In this document: positions 1 to 10,087 of the stretch, in pieces
How positions within the stretch are numbered: the stretch's first letter is position 1
How the letters are laid out: every line of letters starts with the position of its first letter
Assembly: GCA_963809665.1 (NCBI GenBank)
Contig: CAWEKC010000001.1
Coordinates: 158,219 to 222,218 of the forward strand
Reading direction: 5' to 3'
Source of the DNA: Candidatus Gottesmanbacteria bacterium
GTDB taxonomy: Bacteria > Patescibacteriota > Microgenomatia > UBA10105 > UBA927
Length of the DNA stretch: 64,000 nt
Position numbers and translations under genes: made by a program
Notes under the pieces: model-generated
What the model saw: the letters and a program-made list of their open reading frames with translations, nothing else
Told to the model about the DNA's origin: nothing
Databases searched by the model: none

Positions 1-477
1 TGTAATGGCAATCGGGCCGCCTTTGTTAAGGTTCTCTATTTCCGCTATATCTCGGCTGGCGGCTTCAGTGAGGGTAAGCGGTCGTATTTCACGGCGGCCT
101 AACCGTTCATACCGGATTTTCGGAGGGGCATATATGCACAGCAATTTGATTTCGGGAAATTTCTTCTTAAGATAAATATATTCTTCCCAACTATACAACC
201 CGTCAAGGACAATGACGGAATTTGTTTTTGCAGCTTCCAAAATCCTTGGCTCGATTTTTATGGCCATCGCAGCCATGCCTAAATCCTTCCGTAAGGATTC
301 CCGGACGAACCGTTCGTTTTTTTCATTTCTCGGGAGACCCAGTTCCTTTAGAGATATGTCCGTCTGGTCGCCAAAGCGCAGGACCGGAATATTTTTCGTA
401 CGGAAAAAATCAGCGGCGACGGTTTTCCCTGCGCCGGGCATTCCTACAATTGCAATAAGTTTATGCATTGGTTCCAT
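1..477 (-). CDS. P-loop nucleotide kinase, dephospho-CoA-kinase-like/UPF0200 type; partial, runs off window
   Basis: Not in the ORF track. Manual translation gives MEPMHKLIAIVGMPGAGKT...DGLYSWEEY...GGPIAI. Start at 477 or 468 overlaps the adk end. Confidence 0.75.
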   Translation of the reverse strand, partial: MEPMHKLIAIVGMPGAGKTVAADFFRTKNIPVLRFGDQTDISLKELGLPRNEKNERFVRESLRKDLGMAAMAIKIEPRILEAAKTNSVIVLDGLYSWEEYIYLKKKFPEIKLLCIYAPPKIRYERLGRREIRPLTLTEAASRDIAEIENLNKGGPIAIT

Positions 478-1048
478 TGATTTGCTTCATGATTTCCTCA
501 TGCACCGTCTCGATCGGTTGTTCAGCATTGAATTCGAGAAGCACTCCCCGTGATCTGTAATAATCTAGCACATCCTTTTCTCCTTCTTTATACATAGTGA
601 GCCGCATTTTGATCCGCTCCGGTGTGTCTCCGGTTTCTATACTTCCCGGGTGTAAGGGGCGTGCGCGCGCAAGTAACCGTTTCAATGATTCCTCTTCACT
701 TAATTTAAGATAGACGACTTTTTCTACTCTATACCCGTATTTATCTATTTTGTCGTCCAGAAACTTCGCCTGCTCGACATTCCGGGGAAACCCGTCCATA
801 ATCCAGCCGCCTTTCGCATCTTCTTCCTTTAATCTCCATTTCCATAACACAAACATCTCACTGTCGGCAACGTATTTACCCTCTTCGAGCGCTTGCCGGC
901 AGACCTCGCCGATAATCCCTTTATCGTTTGCCGCAGCGTCACGGACCAGATCTCCCGATGTTAGAATCGGCAGATTAAGTTTTTGGGCCAGCAATTTTGC
1001 CTGCGTCCCTTTTCCTGAACCCTCCGGTCCGTAGAAAACTATATGCAT
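461..1048 (-). CDS. adk: Adenylate kinase, short LID
   Basis: GPEGSGKGTQA, DGFPRN motifs; follows secY. Confidence 0.93.
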   Translation of the reverse strand: MHIVFYGPEGSGKGTQAKLLAQKLNLPILTSGDLVRDAAANDKGIIGEVCRQALEEGKYVADSEMFVLWKWRLKEEDAKGGWIMDGFPRNVEQAKFLDDKIDKYGYRVEKVVYLKLSEEESLKRLLARARPLHPGSIETGDTPERIKMRLTMYKEGEKDVLDYYRSRGVLLEFNAEQPIETVHEEIMKQINGTNA

Positions 1049-1129
1049 AAATCATTAAATTCCAAAAACCAAAAATTAAAAAATATGAATTTTTTTAAAA
1101 AACAATTTTTTGAAATTGGATTTTGGTAT
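1049..1129. repeat. AT-rich imperfect inverted repeat with ~7-nt periodicity
   Basis: Minus strand AATACCA AAATCCA ATTTCAA ... TTTTTAA TTTTTGG TTTTTGG AATTT; the arms can pair. Confidence 0.5.
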
Positions 1130-2413
1130 TTACTCCTTTAAATAGCCTTCGTAGTTTCTCATTACGAGTTGCGCTTCCAAAGCTTTAAATGTTTCAAGAA
1201 CTACCGATACGACGATAAGCACTCCCGTGCCCCCGACAAGAAGTGTCGACACACCGGAAATTTGTTTTGCAATGGACGGTAATATGGCAATGAGCCCCAA
1301 GAACATTGCTCCGGCAAGTGTTATGCGCGTTAATATGTAATTGAGATAACTTGCCGTAGCTGAACCCGGACGGATTCCGGGGATAAATCCGCCGTACTTC
1401 TGGATTTCATCTGCAATCTTTTTCGGATTAAATGTAATGGCTGTATAAAAATAGGTAAATCCAATGACGAGAAGGAAATAAATAAGGTTATACCACACCC
1501 CGTTAGGGTTAAACACATTTACCAGAAATGTGCCAAGTCCGGCCATGGCAGGGATCTGCTTTAAAAATCCGCCCAATAGAGACGGCAGAAGCACCATAGA
1601 CACCGCAAATATAATCGGAATAACGCCGGCTTGGTTTACCCGGAGCGGCAGATACGACACGTTTCCGCCGTAAACTTTATTTCCCCTGATGCGCCGGGCA
1701 TAATGTACCGTAATCCGACGGACCGCTTCGTTCACGAAAACAGTGGCGGCAATAACCATAATTGCCAGAACCCCGAACATAACTATGTTGGTAATCCCTT
1801 CGGCAGTTGCCGTTGTTGCAACCTGACCGAATGCAACAGGAAGCCGTCCGACTATACCGGCGAAAATCAGAAGCGATATCCCGTTTCCGATACCATACTC
1901 CGTAATCATTTCTCCAAACCACATCGCTAGGATGGTTCCGGCCGTCATGGTTACCACCATGGTGATAAGCGCCAGCGGATCGAGAGATGCGATAATCCCC
2001 TGATTTCGCAGGAGTGCAATCATACCGACCGATTGTACGGCCGCCAGCGGCACGGTAATAAGACGCGTGTATTGATTAATTTTCTCCCGTCCATATTCAC
2101 CTTCTTTGGATAACTCTTCGAGTTTCGGAAATACGATTTGTAATAACTGGAGAATAATGGATGCATTGATGTAGGGGTTCAGGCCCAGTGCCATAACGGA
2201 AAAGTTTACAAGTGTACCACCGGAAAAAATATCCAGTAATCCCAAAAACTGGTTCTGTGCAAATAATGCTGCGAGTTTATGCGTGTCGACCGCGGGGATC
2301 GGAATATGGGCAAATAACCGGAAGATGAAAAAAATAAAGGCGGTGAGTAAAATTTTCCGTCTTAAGTCCGGCGCTTTCCAACTATTAATAAGAGGCGACA
2401 AGAATTTATTCAT
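1130..2413 (-). CDS. secY: Preprotein translocase SecY
   Basis: [32 protein letters not shown]; likely start MNKFLSP. Confidence 0.98.
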   Translation of the reverse strand: MNKFLSPLINSWKAPDLRRKILLTAFIFFIFRLFAHIPIPAVDTHKLAALFAQNQFLGLLDIFSGGTLVNFSVMALGLNPYINASIILQLLQIVFPKLEELSKEGEYGREKINQYTRLITVPLAAVQSVGMIALLRNQGIIASLDPLALITMVVTMTAGTILAMWFGEMITEYGIGNGISLLIFAGIVGRLPVAFGQVATTATAEGITNIVMFGVLAIMVIAATVFVNEAVRRITVHYARRIRGNKVYGGNVSYLPLRVNQAGVIPIIFAVSMVLLPSLLGGFLKQIPAMAGLGTFLVNVFNPNGVWYNLIYFLLVIGFTYFYTAITFNPKKIADEIQKYGGFIPGIRPGSATASYLNYILTRITLAGAMFLGLIAILPSIAKQISGVSTLLVGGTGVLIVVSVVLETFKALEAQLVMRNYEGYLKE

Positions 2414-2852
2414 GTGGCGAGAGAACTGTTCCCCCGGCTTTTTCAATTACCTGCTTCGCACCTTTTGAACAAGGCAATGCAACATTCAACTTCACTGTCA
2501 CTTTCCCGTTTCCTAATAGTTTAACCCGTGTAACAGCAGTATCTATCATATGATATTTTTTGAGTGTTTCCAATGTAACAGTTATGCCGGCAGGCAGTAT
2601 ATTTAACTTCTCAACCGGGACGGGGAATGATTTTGCCGATTGGGATCCGTTACGGCCTTTACCGCGAAGAAGCGGCAGCCGTTTGATAAGCGGTAACTGC
2701 CCTCCTTCAAAACCGATGTGAATCCCGTCACGGGATTTTTGTCCTTTGGTCCCGCGGCCGGATGTTTTAACTTTGCCTGAGCCATGACCGCGGCCGAGGC
2801 GTTTCTTACCCCGCTGTACAATTGACATGGTGTCAAACGGTTTGTTTATCAT
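2406..2852 (-). CDS. rplO: 50S ribosomal protein uL15
   Basis: [19 protein letters not shown]. Confidence 0.97.
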   Translation of the reverse strand: MINKPFDTMSIVQRGKKRLGRGHGSGKVKTSGRGTKGQKSRDGIHIGFEGGQLPLIKRLPLLRGKGRNGSQSAKSFPVPVEKLNILPAGITVTLETLKKYHMIDTAVTRVKLLGNGKVTVKLNVALPCSKGAKQVIEKAGGTVLSPHE

Positions 2853-2861
2853 ACAATTCTT

Positions 2862-3323
2862 TTAAGCGATTCTTTTAAGCCGCAATAACTTCAGCGCTTC
2901 CATCGTGGCATAGACGTTGGAAGCCTGATTTTTGCTTCCTAATATTTTTGATACGATATCACGGATACCGGCCGCTTCCACAACCGCACGGACCGCTCCG
3001 CCTGCGATAACACCGGTTCCGGGAGGCGCGGGTTTCAACATGATTTTAGCCGCACCGCGTTTCACACGGATCTCATGCGGAATGGTCGTTCCCTTCATGA
3101 CAACTTCAAACATATGTTTCTGCGCATAACTGACGGCTTTACGCACTGCCGATGAGACGTCCGGCGCTCCGCCCAACCCTACTCCCACTTTTCCTTTTTT
3201 ATCCCCGACCACCGCAAGCACGGAAAATCCGATTTTATTGCCGCCTTTGGTCTTTTTTGACACGCGGTTCACCTGGACTATTTTTTCTTCCAATCCGCTG
3301 GTATTTCTGCTGTCGCGTCTCAT
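2862..3323 (-). CDS. rpsE: 30S ribosomal protein uS5
   Basis: [23 protein letters not shown]. Confidence 0.97.
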   Translation of the reverse strand: MRRDSRNTSGLEEKIVQVNRVSKKTKGGNKIGFSVLAVVGDKKGKVGVGLGGAPDVSSAVRKAVSYAQKHMFEVVMKGTTIPHEIRVKRGAAKIMLKPAPPGTGVIAGGAVRAVVEAAGIRDIVSKILGSKNQASNVYATMEALKLLRLKRIA

Positions 3324-3649
3324 ATCTTCAGTCCTCCTTCACGGGCACCGTCTGCAATCTCTTTTACCGTACCATGAAAGCGGTAGCCGCTTCGGTCGAA
3401 CACAACCGTCTTAATTCCTTTTTTCAACGCCATTTCCGCTATCTGCGTCCCCAACGTTTTTCCTGCCGCTTTATTTTTCCCGCTCACGCGTTTTGCAAGC
3501 AGTGTTACGCCTTTCGTGTCATCGATAATCTGTACCAGAACAGCGGTATTGGAACGGAATACGGATAATCTCGGCCGCAAAGCGGTCCCCGTGACTTTCG
3601 CCCGGATCCGCGCCTTCCGTTTCTGTCGTAATGTGTGATGTGTTTCCAT
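3320..3649 (-). CDS. rplR: 50S ribosomal protein uL18
   Basis: [22 protein letters not shown]. Confidence 0.97.
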   Translation of the reverse strand: METHHTLRQKRKARIRAKVTGTALRPRLSVFRSNTAVLVQIIDDTKGVTLLAKRVSGKNKAAGKTLGTQIAEMALKKGIKTVVFDRSGYRFHGTVKEIADGAREGGLKI

Positions 3650-3650
3650 A

Positions 3651-4211
3651 TTATTTTGCGCCCGGTGCTCCTCCTATAGCTTTCGCTGCTTTTCCTGCTT
3701 TCTTCCGGATGTGTTCTCCTTGATATTTTATTCCTTTCCCTTTGTACGGCTCGGGTTTCTTAATTGAGCGTATGCCTGCTGCCACTTGACCGACTAACTG
3801 TTTATCTCTCCCCGATACCACGATTTTGCCTTCTGCTGCTGAAAACGAAATTCCTTCCGGCGGGGTAACGGTGATGGGATGTGAAAACCCCAGATTTAAT
3901 GTTAAATCCGTCCCTGTGACATTCGCCCTGTATCCCACACCGGAAAGTTCCAGAACCCGGGTCCACCCTTTCGTAACGCCGGTAATAAGATTGTCGATGT
4001 TTGCACGAACATATCCGTGCAGTGCGCGTGTCGGTTTATCTTCGCCTGTCCGTTTCACTTCTACTTTCCCGTCCGTAAGTACCACCCGTATACGGTCAGG
4101 AACTATCATCCGAAGTTCGCCTTTAGGACCCTTCACAACCACGGACCCACCTTCCGCCGTTACCGAAGCTTCTTTAGGAACTATGATGATAGTGTTACCG
4201 ATTCGTGACAT
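3651..4211 (-). CDS. rplF: 50S ribosomal protein uL6
   Basis: MSRIG, PEPYKGKGI. Confidence 0.97.
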   Translation of the reverse strand: MSRIGNTIIIVPKEASVTAEGGSVVVKGPKGELRMIVPDRIRVVLTDGKVEVKRTGEDKPTRALHGYVRANIDNLITGVTKGWTRVLELSGVGYRANVTGTDLTLNLGFSHPITVTPPEGISFSAAEGKIVVSGRDKQLVGQVAAGIRSIKKPEPYKGKGIKYQGEHIRKKAGKAAKAIGGAPGAK

Positions 4212-4215
4212 AGGT

Positions 4216-4608
4216 TTACCAGATTTTACACAATAATTCTCCGCCGGTACCTTTCTTTTTTGCGTCCATTCCCGTCATAATGCCCTGCGGAGTCGAGAGT
4301 ATCGCAATACCCATACCTCCCACAACCTGCGGAATCTTATCCTTTGTGACATACCACCTCAACCCCGGTTTGCTGATCCGTTTTACCCCTGTGATAACTG
4401 ACGCGCCGTTGACGTATTTAATCCGGACGTGCAGGTTCGCTTTCGGATCGGTTCCTGTCTTGGCAACGGAGGCAATATATCCCTCGTCCACAAGGATTTT
4501 CCCGAGCGCCATCTTCAGTTTGGAATATGGAAATTCTATCTCGGCATTCCGGGCAAGCGACGCGTTCTTTATTTGTATAAGCATGTCACCGATCGGATCG
4601 TTTACCAT
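4216..4608 (-). CDS. rpsH: 30S ribosomal protein uS8
   Basis: DPIGDML, RISKPGLR; SD AAGGAG upstream. Confidence 0.97.
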   Translation of the reverse strand: MVNDPIGDMLIQIKNASLARNAEIEFPYSKLKMALGKILVDEGYIASVAKTGTDPKANLHVRIKYVNGASVITGVKRISKPGLRWYVTKDKIPQVVGGMGIAILSTPQGIMTGMDAKKKGTGGELLCKIW

Positions 4609-4619
4609 AATATTCTCCT

Positions 4620-4805
4620 TTACCAGGACGCTTTAATAACGCCGGGCAATTCTCCTTTATGCGCTAACTTTCTGAAACACAGCCTGCAGATACCGAACTT
4701 CCGCATATATGCGCGTGACCTGCCGCACATGGAGCAGCGGTTGTGCTGCCGGACACGGTATTTTTGTTTATGTTCAAATTTTACGATATCGGATGTTTTT
4801 GCCAT
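4620..4805 (-). CDS. rpsN: 30S ribosomal protein uS14, zinc-binding type
   Basis: RCSMCGR...CRLCFR; start MAKTS. Confidence 0.95.
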   Translation of the reverse strand: MAKTSDIVKFEHKQKYRVRQHNRCSMCGRSRAYMRKFGICRLCFRKLAHKGELPGVIKASW

Positions 4806-4809
4806 ATTA

Positions 4810-5358
4810 CTACCCCGCGCCTTTCTCAAACGGCATACCGAATAATGTTAAAAGCTTTTTACCGTCGGCGTCATTACCGGCAGTGGTTACAAACGACACT
4901 TCAAATCCGCGGGGTTTGTCAATCATACTGTAATCAAGTTCCGGAAAAATACTTTGCTCATGAATTCCCAACGTATAATTTCCTTTCCCGTCAAATCCCG
5001 CGGACGGGACCCCGTGAAAATCACGCACGCGCGGCAGGGCAAGACGGATAAACTTGGTGAGAAAATCATACATTCTCGGACCCCGGAGTGTGGCACGCAG
5101 TCCCACAGCATCCCCGGCCCTAAGTTTAAATGTTGAAATAGCCCGCTTTGCCCGGGTGATCTGGGGTTTTTGACCGGCAATCACTGCAAGCTGTTTGGTC
5201 ATACTTTCAAGTACTTTCTTATCTCCCTGTGCTTCACGGCCAATGCCGCAGTTAATGACGATCTTCGTGAGGCGCGGAACAGCCATACGGTTGGCGCCCT
5301 TTGTTTTCAAAAACTCAGGGACTATTTTCTTCATGTATATGTCATGTAATTCGTGCAT
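4810..5358 (-). CDS. rplE: 50S ribosomal protein uL5
   Basis: [19 protein letters not shown]; start MHELH. Confidence 0.97.
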   Translation of the reverse strand: MHELHDIYMKKIVPEFLKTKGANRMAVPRLTKIVINCGIGREAQGDKKVLESMTKQLAVIAGQKPQITRAKRAISTFKLRAGDAVGLRATLRGPRMYDFLTKFIRLALPRVRDFHGVPSAGFDGKGNYTLGIHEQSIFPELDYSMIDKPRGFEVSFVTTAGNDADGKKLLTLFGMPFEKGAG

Positions 5359-5362
5359 AGGT

Positions 5363-5668
5363 TTAAATAACTTGTTCACATTTTCTACAGATTCTTTCCT
5401 TTTCTCCTTTAACGATCCTGTATCCCAGACGCGTCGGCTTCCCGCACTTCGGACAGATGACGGCAATTTTACCCATCGCAATCGGTCTTACAACCTCGAT
5501 AATGCCGCCGGGGTGCTGCTCATCCCGTTTTTTCTCATGTTTTTTTACGATGTTAATGCCCGGAACAAGAACCGTTGAATCTTTCGGATATACTTTTTCG
5601 ACTTTCCCCTTTTTTCCTTTGTCCTTGCCTACCGTCACGATAATCTGATCGCCTTTTTTGATTTTCAT
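5363..5668 (-). CDS. rplX: 50S ribosomal protein uL24
   Basis: MKIKKGD, GKDKGKKG, two CxxC. Confidence 0.96.
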   Translation of the reverse strand: MKIKKGDQIIVTVGKDKGKKGKVEKVYPKDSTVLVPGINIVKKHEKKRDEQHPGGIIEVVRPIAMGKIAVICPKCGKPTRLGYRIVKGEKERICRKCEQVI

Positions 5669-5669
5669 A

Positions 5670-6044
5670 TTAATAAACCTCCGGCGCCATGCTGACAATC
5701 TTGTCAAATCCTTTTTCTTTCAATTCGCGGGCAACCGGTCCGAAGACGCGCGTGCCGCGGGGATTTTTATCTTTATCGTTATCAATCAATACCCCGGCAT
5801 TGTCGTCAAAACGGATATACGATCCGTCTGCCCGGTGATACTCTTTGTGTGTCCGGACAATAACAACTTTCACGAGTTCATCGTCTTTCACCATACCCTG
5901 AGGATCAACCTTCCGCACCACGCACTGCACGATGTCACCGAGTCTCGCAAAATTCTGTTTCGAGGCTCCGTAAATATGGATAATTGACATAAGCTGAACT
6001 CCTGAATTATCCGCTGCATGTATTTTTGTTTTTCTCTGAACCAT
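5670..6044 (-). CDS. rplN: 50S ribosomal protein uL14
   Basis: ADNSG, PRGTRVFGPVAREL. Confidence 0.97.
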   Translation of the reverse strand: MVQRKTKIHAADNSGVQLMSIIHIYGASKQNFARLGDIVQCVVRKVDPQGMVKDDELVKVVIVRTHKEYHRADGSYIRFDDNAGVLIDNDKDKNPRGTRVFGPVARELKEKGFDKIVSMAPEVY

Positions 6045-6045
6045 A

Positions 6046-6279
6046 TTATGTTAATTTTTTAACGACAATAAAATGTTTTCTCTTACTTATCGGTTTTGTT
6101 TCTTTAATTTGAACTTTATCTCCGACATTAATTCCTGCAATTTCGTTGTGCACGGCAAATTTCCGGTGCCGCCTCACTGCCTTTTTGTACAACGGGTGCC
6201 TAAACTCATGTTCCACGACAACCGTCAGCGTCTTTTGCATACCCACCGATGTGACTTTACCGATACGTGTGTTACTCAT
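6046..6279 (-). CDS. rpsQ: 30S ribosomal protein uS17
   Basis: HPLYKK, ETKPISKRK. Confidence 0.96.
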   Translation of the reverse strand: MSNTRIGKVTSVGMQKTLTVVVEHEFRHPLYKKAVRRHRKFAVHNEIAGINVGDKVQIKETKPISKRKHFIVVKKLT

Positions 6280-6478
6280 GTGTGAGCTCCTTTTGTCTCA
6301 ATATGCCGGAAACCACCGCGATTTTCCGGCGAAGCGCCGTTCCCTCGTGCACATTTTTAGACTGCTTCGTGTACCGATTCATGGTTAATATGGCAAGAGC
6401 GGTCCTGGCGTCAGTAAGCACCTTTTCCATTTCTTTGACCGTCATCGCTTTCATTGATGTCATTTCTTTCTTTTTCAT
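6272..6478 (-). CDS. rpmC: 50S ribosomal protein uL29
   Basis: Position rplP-x-rpsQ; LRRKIA helix. Confidence 0.88.
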   Translation of the reverse strand: MKKKEMTSMKAMTVKEMEKVLTDARTALAILTMNRYTKQSKNVHEGTALRRKIAVVSGILRQKELTHE

Positions 6479-6481
6479 GAT

Positions 6482-6889
6482 TTAATCCTTCGCAATAAAC
6501 ATCGTCCGTACCGGCAATTTTGCGGCGGCCAGTCTCAGTGATTCTACTGCCTGCTCATGTGAAATGCCTGCCATCTCAAATAAAATTCTCCCGGGCCGGA
6601 CTACGGCAACATATTCAAATACGTCTCCCTTTCCGCTCCCCATACGGGTTTCCGGCGGCTTATGGGTGACCGGCTTATCAGGAAATATCCTGATCCAGAT
6701 TCTCCCGCCGCGCCGCGTTGAGTGGGTTAGAGCACGGCGCGCCGCTTCGATCTGGCGGCTCGTTACCCAACCGGCAGTGGTCGCCTTCAGACCGTATTCT
6801 CCGAAATCCACATGCGACCCCCGGATCGAGATTCCCGTCCGTTTTCCTCTGAATGCTTTCCGATGTTTTGCGCGTCTTGGTGATAACAT
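6482..6889 (-). CDS. rplP: 50S ribosomal protein uL16
   Basis: [15 protein letters not shown]. Confidence 0.97.
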   Translation of the reverse strand: MLSPRRAKHRKAFRGKRTGISIRGSHVDFGEYGLKATTAGWVTSRQIEAARRALTHSTRRGGRIWIRIFPDKPVTHKPPETRMGSGKGDVFEYVAVVRPGRILFEMAGISHEQAVESLRLAAAKLPVRTMFIAKD

Positions 6890-6890
6890 A

Positions 6891-7577
6891 TTAATTTGAC
6901 TTTCTACAAATCCATACTTTTACTCCGATATATCCTGATTTCGTAAGAGCCGGAACAATTGCGTAATCAATTTCTTCACGGATGGTTGAAAGCGGCACCG
7001 TCCCCTGCTGGAATTTCTCCCGCCGGTGAATTTCCGCCCCGTTGATCCGGCCGGACAATAACACTTTTACTCCTTTTGCTCCTGCGGTCATTGCCCGCTC
7101 TATTGCCATATTGCAAATCCGTTTATACGGCATACGTTTAATAAGCTGATCCGCAATGTTGGTTGCTACCAGATAGGCATTCAGGTTCGGCTCCTTAACC
7201 GGCTCCACCGCGACTTCCACTTTGGAACGGTTGGCTCCCTGCGACAGTTTCTGTTTACGCGCGTAGGGGTCCGGATGACCGACATCAGTCAAAATAAAGT
7301 TTTCAACATATTTCTTGAGGTCCTCCATGCCGGCACCCCCGCGGCCGATAACCACCCCGGGTCGTGAAACATATAATGTGACTTTTACTTTGTTGATGGA
7401 GCGTTCAATATCAACATTGGCAAGTCCGGCGGGTTTGAGCTTAGCAAACAAAATATTCCGCAGCGTGTTGTCCTGCAATAACAGTTGTTTGTAGTGCCGT
7501 GAATCGGCAAACCAGCGTGAACCCCACGTAAACGTGGTGCCGACCCTGAAACCCTTTGGATTAATTTTTTGTCCCAT
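6891..7577 (-). CDS. rpsC: 30S ribosomal protein uS3
   Basis: [20 protein letters not shown]. Confidence 0.97.
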   Translation of the reverse strand: MGQKINPKGFRVGTTFTWGSRWFADSRHYKQLLLQDNTLRNILFAKLKPAGLANVDIERSINKVKVTLYVSRPGVVIGRGGAGMEDLKKYVENFILTDVGHPDPYARKQKLSQGANRSKVEVAVEPVKEPNLNAYLVATNIADQLIKRMPYKRICNMAIERAMTAGAKGVKVLLSGRINGAEIHRREKFQQGTVPLSTIREEIDYAIVPALTKSGYIGVKVWICRKSN

Positions 7578-7582
7578 ATGTT

Positions 7583-7966
7583 TTATTTCTGTACTGTTTT
7601 CTTTTCTGATTTTTTAACACGTTCTATATTTTTACCAGCCGTATCCGCAAGAATAATCCGTATATGCGTCATGCGTTTTTTAAATGCATGTGCCTGTCCG
7701 CGTGAAACTGCCTGCCAGCGTTTCATCGCCGGCCCGCCCATAATTTCAATTGTTTTAAAGATGAGTGATTCCTGCTCCACGCCTTTTAATTTGGCGTTTG
7801 CGATTGCCGATGCTATAGTTTTAGACAACGGAATACTGGCGCTTTTTCGCATTTCCGACAACGTAGCGATGGCAGCAGCCGGTGTCAACTTGCGCACGCT
7901 GTCGGCAACCAACCGTACTTTGCGGGTCGAAACTCTGACGTATTTTGTTGTTGCCTGATATTCCAT
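7583..7966 (-). CDS. rplV: 50S ribosomal protein uL22
   Basis: RVSTRKVRLVAD, SAIANA; start MEYQ. Confidence 0.96.
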   Translation of the reverse strand: MEYQATTKYVRVSTRKVRLVADSVRKLTPAAAIATLSEMRKSASIPLSKTIASAIANAKLKGVEQESLIFKTIEIMGGPAMKRWQAVSRGQAHAFKKRMTHIRIILADTAGKNIERVKKSEKKTVQK

Positions 7967-7967
7967 A

Positions 7968-8252
7968 TTATGTTTTATCCATTGTTCTCTTTGTAACTTG
8001 CCCATGTCCTCTGAATGTTCTAGTTGGTGCAAATTCGCCGAACCTGTGCCCGACCATTCCCTCTGTTATGAATACTTCAAGATGTACTCTACCATTATGT
8101 ACTCCGAACCGGTGTCCCACGAACTCTGGGGTGATTTGACTGCCGCGTGACCACGTTTTTATCGGAGTCCTATCCCCGCTGGCTTTTTGCTTGTTAACTT
8201 TTGCCAGAAGTCTCCTGTCTATATTCGGTCCTTTTTTGCTGCTTCGTGCCAT
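7968..8252 (-). CDS. rpsS: 30S ribosomal protein uS19
   Basis: [16 protein letters not shown]. Confidence 0.97.
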   Translation of the reverse strand: MARSSKKGPNIDRRLLAKVNKQKASGDRTPIKTWSRGSQITPEFVGHRFGVHNGRVHLEVFITEGMVGHRFGEFAPTRTFRGHGQVTKRTMDKT

Positions 8253-8254
8253 AG

Positions 8255-9010
8255 TTATTTTCTCCTCGCAAGAATAAATTTATTGCTGTACTTTTTCTTC
8301 GATCTTGTTTTCTTGCCTAACGTATGCTTCCCCCACGGACTCTTCGGAGAACTCATACCGATGCCCGACCGTCCTTCGCCTCCGCCGTGCGGATGGCTTC
8401 GCGGATTCTGGGCTACACCCCTAACCGTCGGCCGAATTCCCATGTGTCTGGTGCGTCCTGCTTTTCCGATGACTTCATTCTTATGTTCCACGTTACCGAT
8501 CTGTCCCACTGTTGCGCGGCAGAGGGAGTTAAATACGCGGGTTTCGCCGGACGGAAGCTTCAATTGTACCGCATTTCCGTCTTTTGCTAAAACTACGGCT
8601 GCTCCTCCTGCGGACCGTATCATCTGGGCGCCGCGGCCCGGTTTGATTTCGACGTTATGCACAAGCGTCCCTACCGGCATGGCAGCAAGGGTCAGCGAGT
8701 TGCCCGGTTTAACATCTGCTTTATCGCTGGAAATAACAGAAGCCCCTACCTCTAACCCTAACGGGGCGACAATATACCGTTTCTCGCCGTCTGTATAATT
8801 CAACAGTGCAATCTGACTTGTGCGGTTCGGATCGTACTCGATGGAAACGACTTTCGCCGTAACGCCTATTTTATCCCGTTTCCAGTCAATAATACGGTAA
8901 TACCGTTTGTGCCGGCCGCCGATATGCCGCATGGAAACATGCCCCGAGACATCCCGTCCGGATTGTTTGGGTAAAATAATCGTCAGGCTTTTAGGTGTTG
9001 AAAATTCCAT
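8255..9010 (-). CDS. rplB: 50S ribosomal protein uL2, N-terminally shortened
   Basis: [14 protein letters not shown]; 251 aa. Confidence 0.97.
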   Translation of the reverse strand: MEFSTPKSLTIILPKQSGRDVSGHVSMRHIGGRHKRYYRIIDWKRDKIGVTAKVVSIEYDPNRTSQIALLNYTDGEKRYIVAPLGLEVGASVISSDKADVKPGNSLTLAAMPVGTLVHNVEIKPGRGAQMIRSAGGAAVVLAKDGNAVQLKLPSGETRVFNSLCRATVGQIGNVEHKNEVIGKAGRTRHMGIRPTVRGVAQNPRSHPHGGGEGRSGIGMSSPKSPWGKHTLGKKTRSKKKYSNKFILARRK

Positions 9011-9013
9011 ATT

Positions 9014-9361
9014 TTATTTTTTAGAAACAGTTTTTTTCTCTTCAACTTTCTTTTTTTCTTCAACCGGTGCTTCCTGTTGTGTGACTTCAAATGCATCAAT
9101 ATGCTGTCCGGCTTTAAGAAGCAGCATCGCTTTTTTCCAGTCTTCTTTGTGTTTGCTTACCATTTTTTTACCCGTACGTCGCACTTTCCCGTGCATGGCA
9201 ACGGTCCGGACGGATAACACATTCACGCTATACATGCGCTCGATAAGTTTTGCGATATCTTCTTTACGCGCATGCTTGTCAACGGCAAACGTATACCATC
9301 CCCGCGACGCGAGTCCCATAGATTTTTCAGAAATTAACGGACGGAACACTTGTGATTTCAT
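9014..9361 (-). CDS. rplW: 50S ribosomal protein uL23
   Basis: PLISEKS, WKKA. Confidence 0.95.
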   Translation of the reverse strand: MKSQVFRPLISEKSMGLASRGWYTFAVDKHARKEDIAKLIERMYSVNVLSVRTVAMHGKVRRTGKKMVSKHKEDWKKAMLLLKAGQHIDAFEVTQQEAPVEEKKKVEEKKTVSKK

Positions 9362-9363
9362 AG

Positions 9364-10086
9364 TTACTTTTTTAATTCTCCGATTGCTTCTTTCATAAAC
9401 ACCAGCTTTGAATGCATCAAAACGCTATACGTATTAATATCGGAAACCGGCAGAATATCTACGTTTTCGATGTTGCGGCCGGCGCGCACAACTGTTGCTG
9501 AATCTTTAGACGTAACCAATAACGTCTTCCGGGTCGCGCCTACAGCAGTAAGTGCTCCTGCGACAACTTTTGTTTTCGCAATGTCCGACAATCCTGTTAC
9601 AACAATAACGTTTTGTTTTTTAAATTGGCTGGTCAGAGCACTTGCCAGTGCTACTTTTCTCATTTTCTGCGGAAATCCCAACGAGTAATCCCGCGGTCTC
9701 GGGCCGAATACGATACCTCCGCCGACAAAAATCGGGGCGCGTATACCTCCATGCCTCGCTTTTCCTGTCCCTTTTTGCTTATAGATTTTCCGGGTTGAGC
9801 CCTCCACTTCACCGCGGGTTTTGGTGCTGGCGTGTCCGCCGCGCTGGTTAGCCAGATACACGCGGACTGCCTGCGCCATGAGCTGCCTGTTAATTTTTGC
9901 GCTGAATAATTCCGCAGGAAGTGTCACTGTTCCGTCTGCTTTTCCGTCCAAACCGACAACGGAAACCCTGATCCCCTTGACGGAATCAATTTCTTTTTTC
10001 GCAGCAACATTGACTGATTTCACAATCCTAACCGGTTTTGCTTTGGTTGCAGCTTTCTTTGTTGATCTAACTTTCTTTGTTGCCAT
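9364..10086 (-). CDS. rplD: 50S ribosomal protein uL4 with Lys-rich N-terminal extension
   Basis: QKGTGKARHG, GGGIVFGP. Confidence 0.97.
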   Translation of the reverse strand: MATKKVRSTKKAATKAKPVRIVKSVNVAAKKEIDSVKGIRVSVVGLDGKADGTVTLPAELFSAKINRQLMAQAVRVYLANQRGGHASTKTRGEVEGSTRKIYKQKGTGKARHGGIRAPIFVGGGIVFGPRPRDYSLGFPQKMRKVALASALTSQFKKQNVIVVTGLSDIAKTKVVAGALTAVGATRKTLLVTSKDSATVVRAGRNIENVDILPVSDINTYSVLMHSKLVFMKEAIGELKK

Positions 10087-10087
10087 A

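Noticed and set aside
212-553. Plus-strand ORFs at the window start
   Set aside because: Antisense to the kinase gene, which the track missed because it runs off the edge
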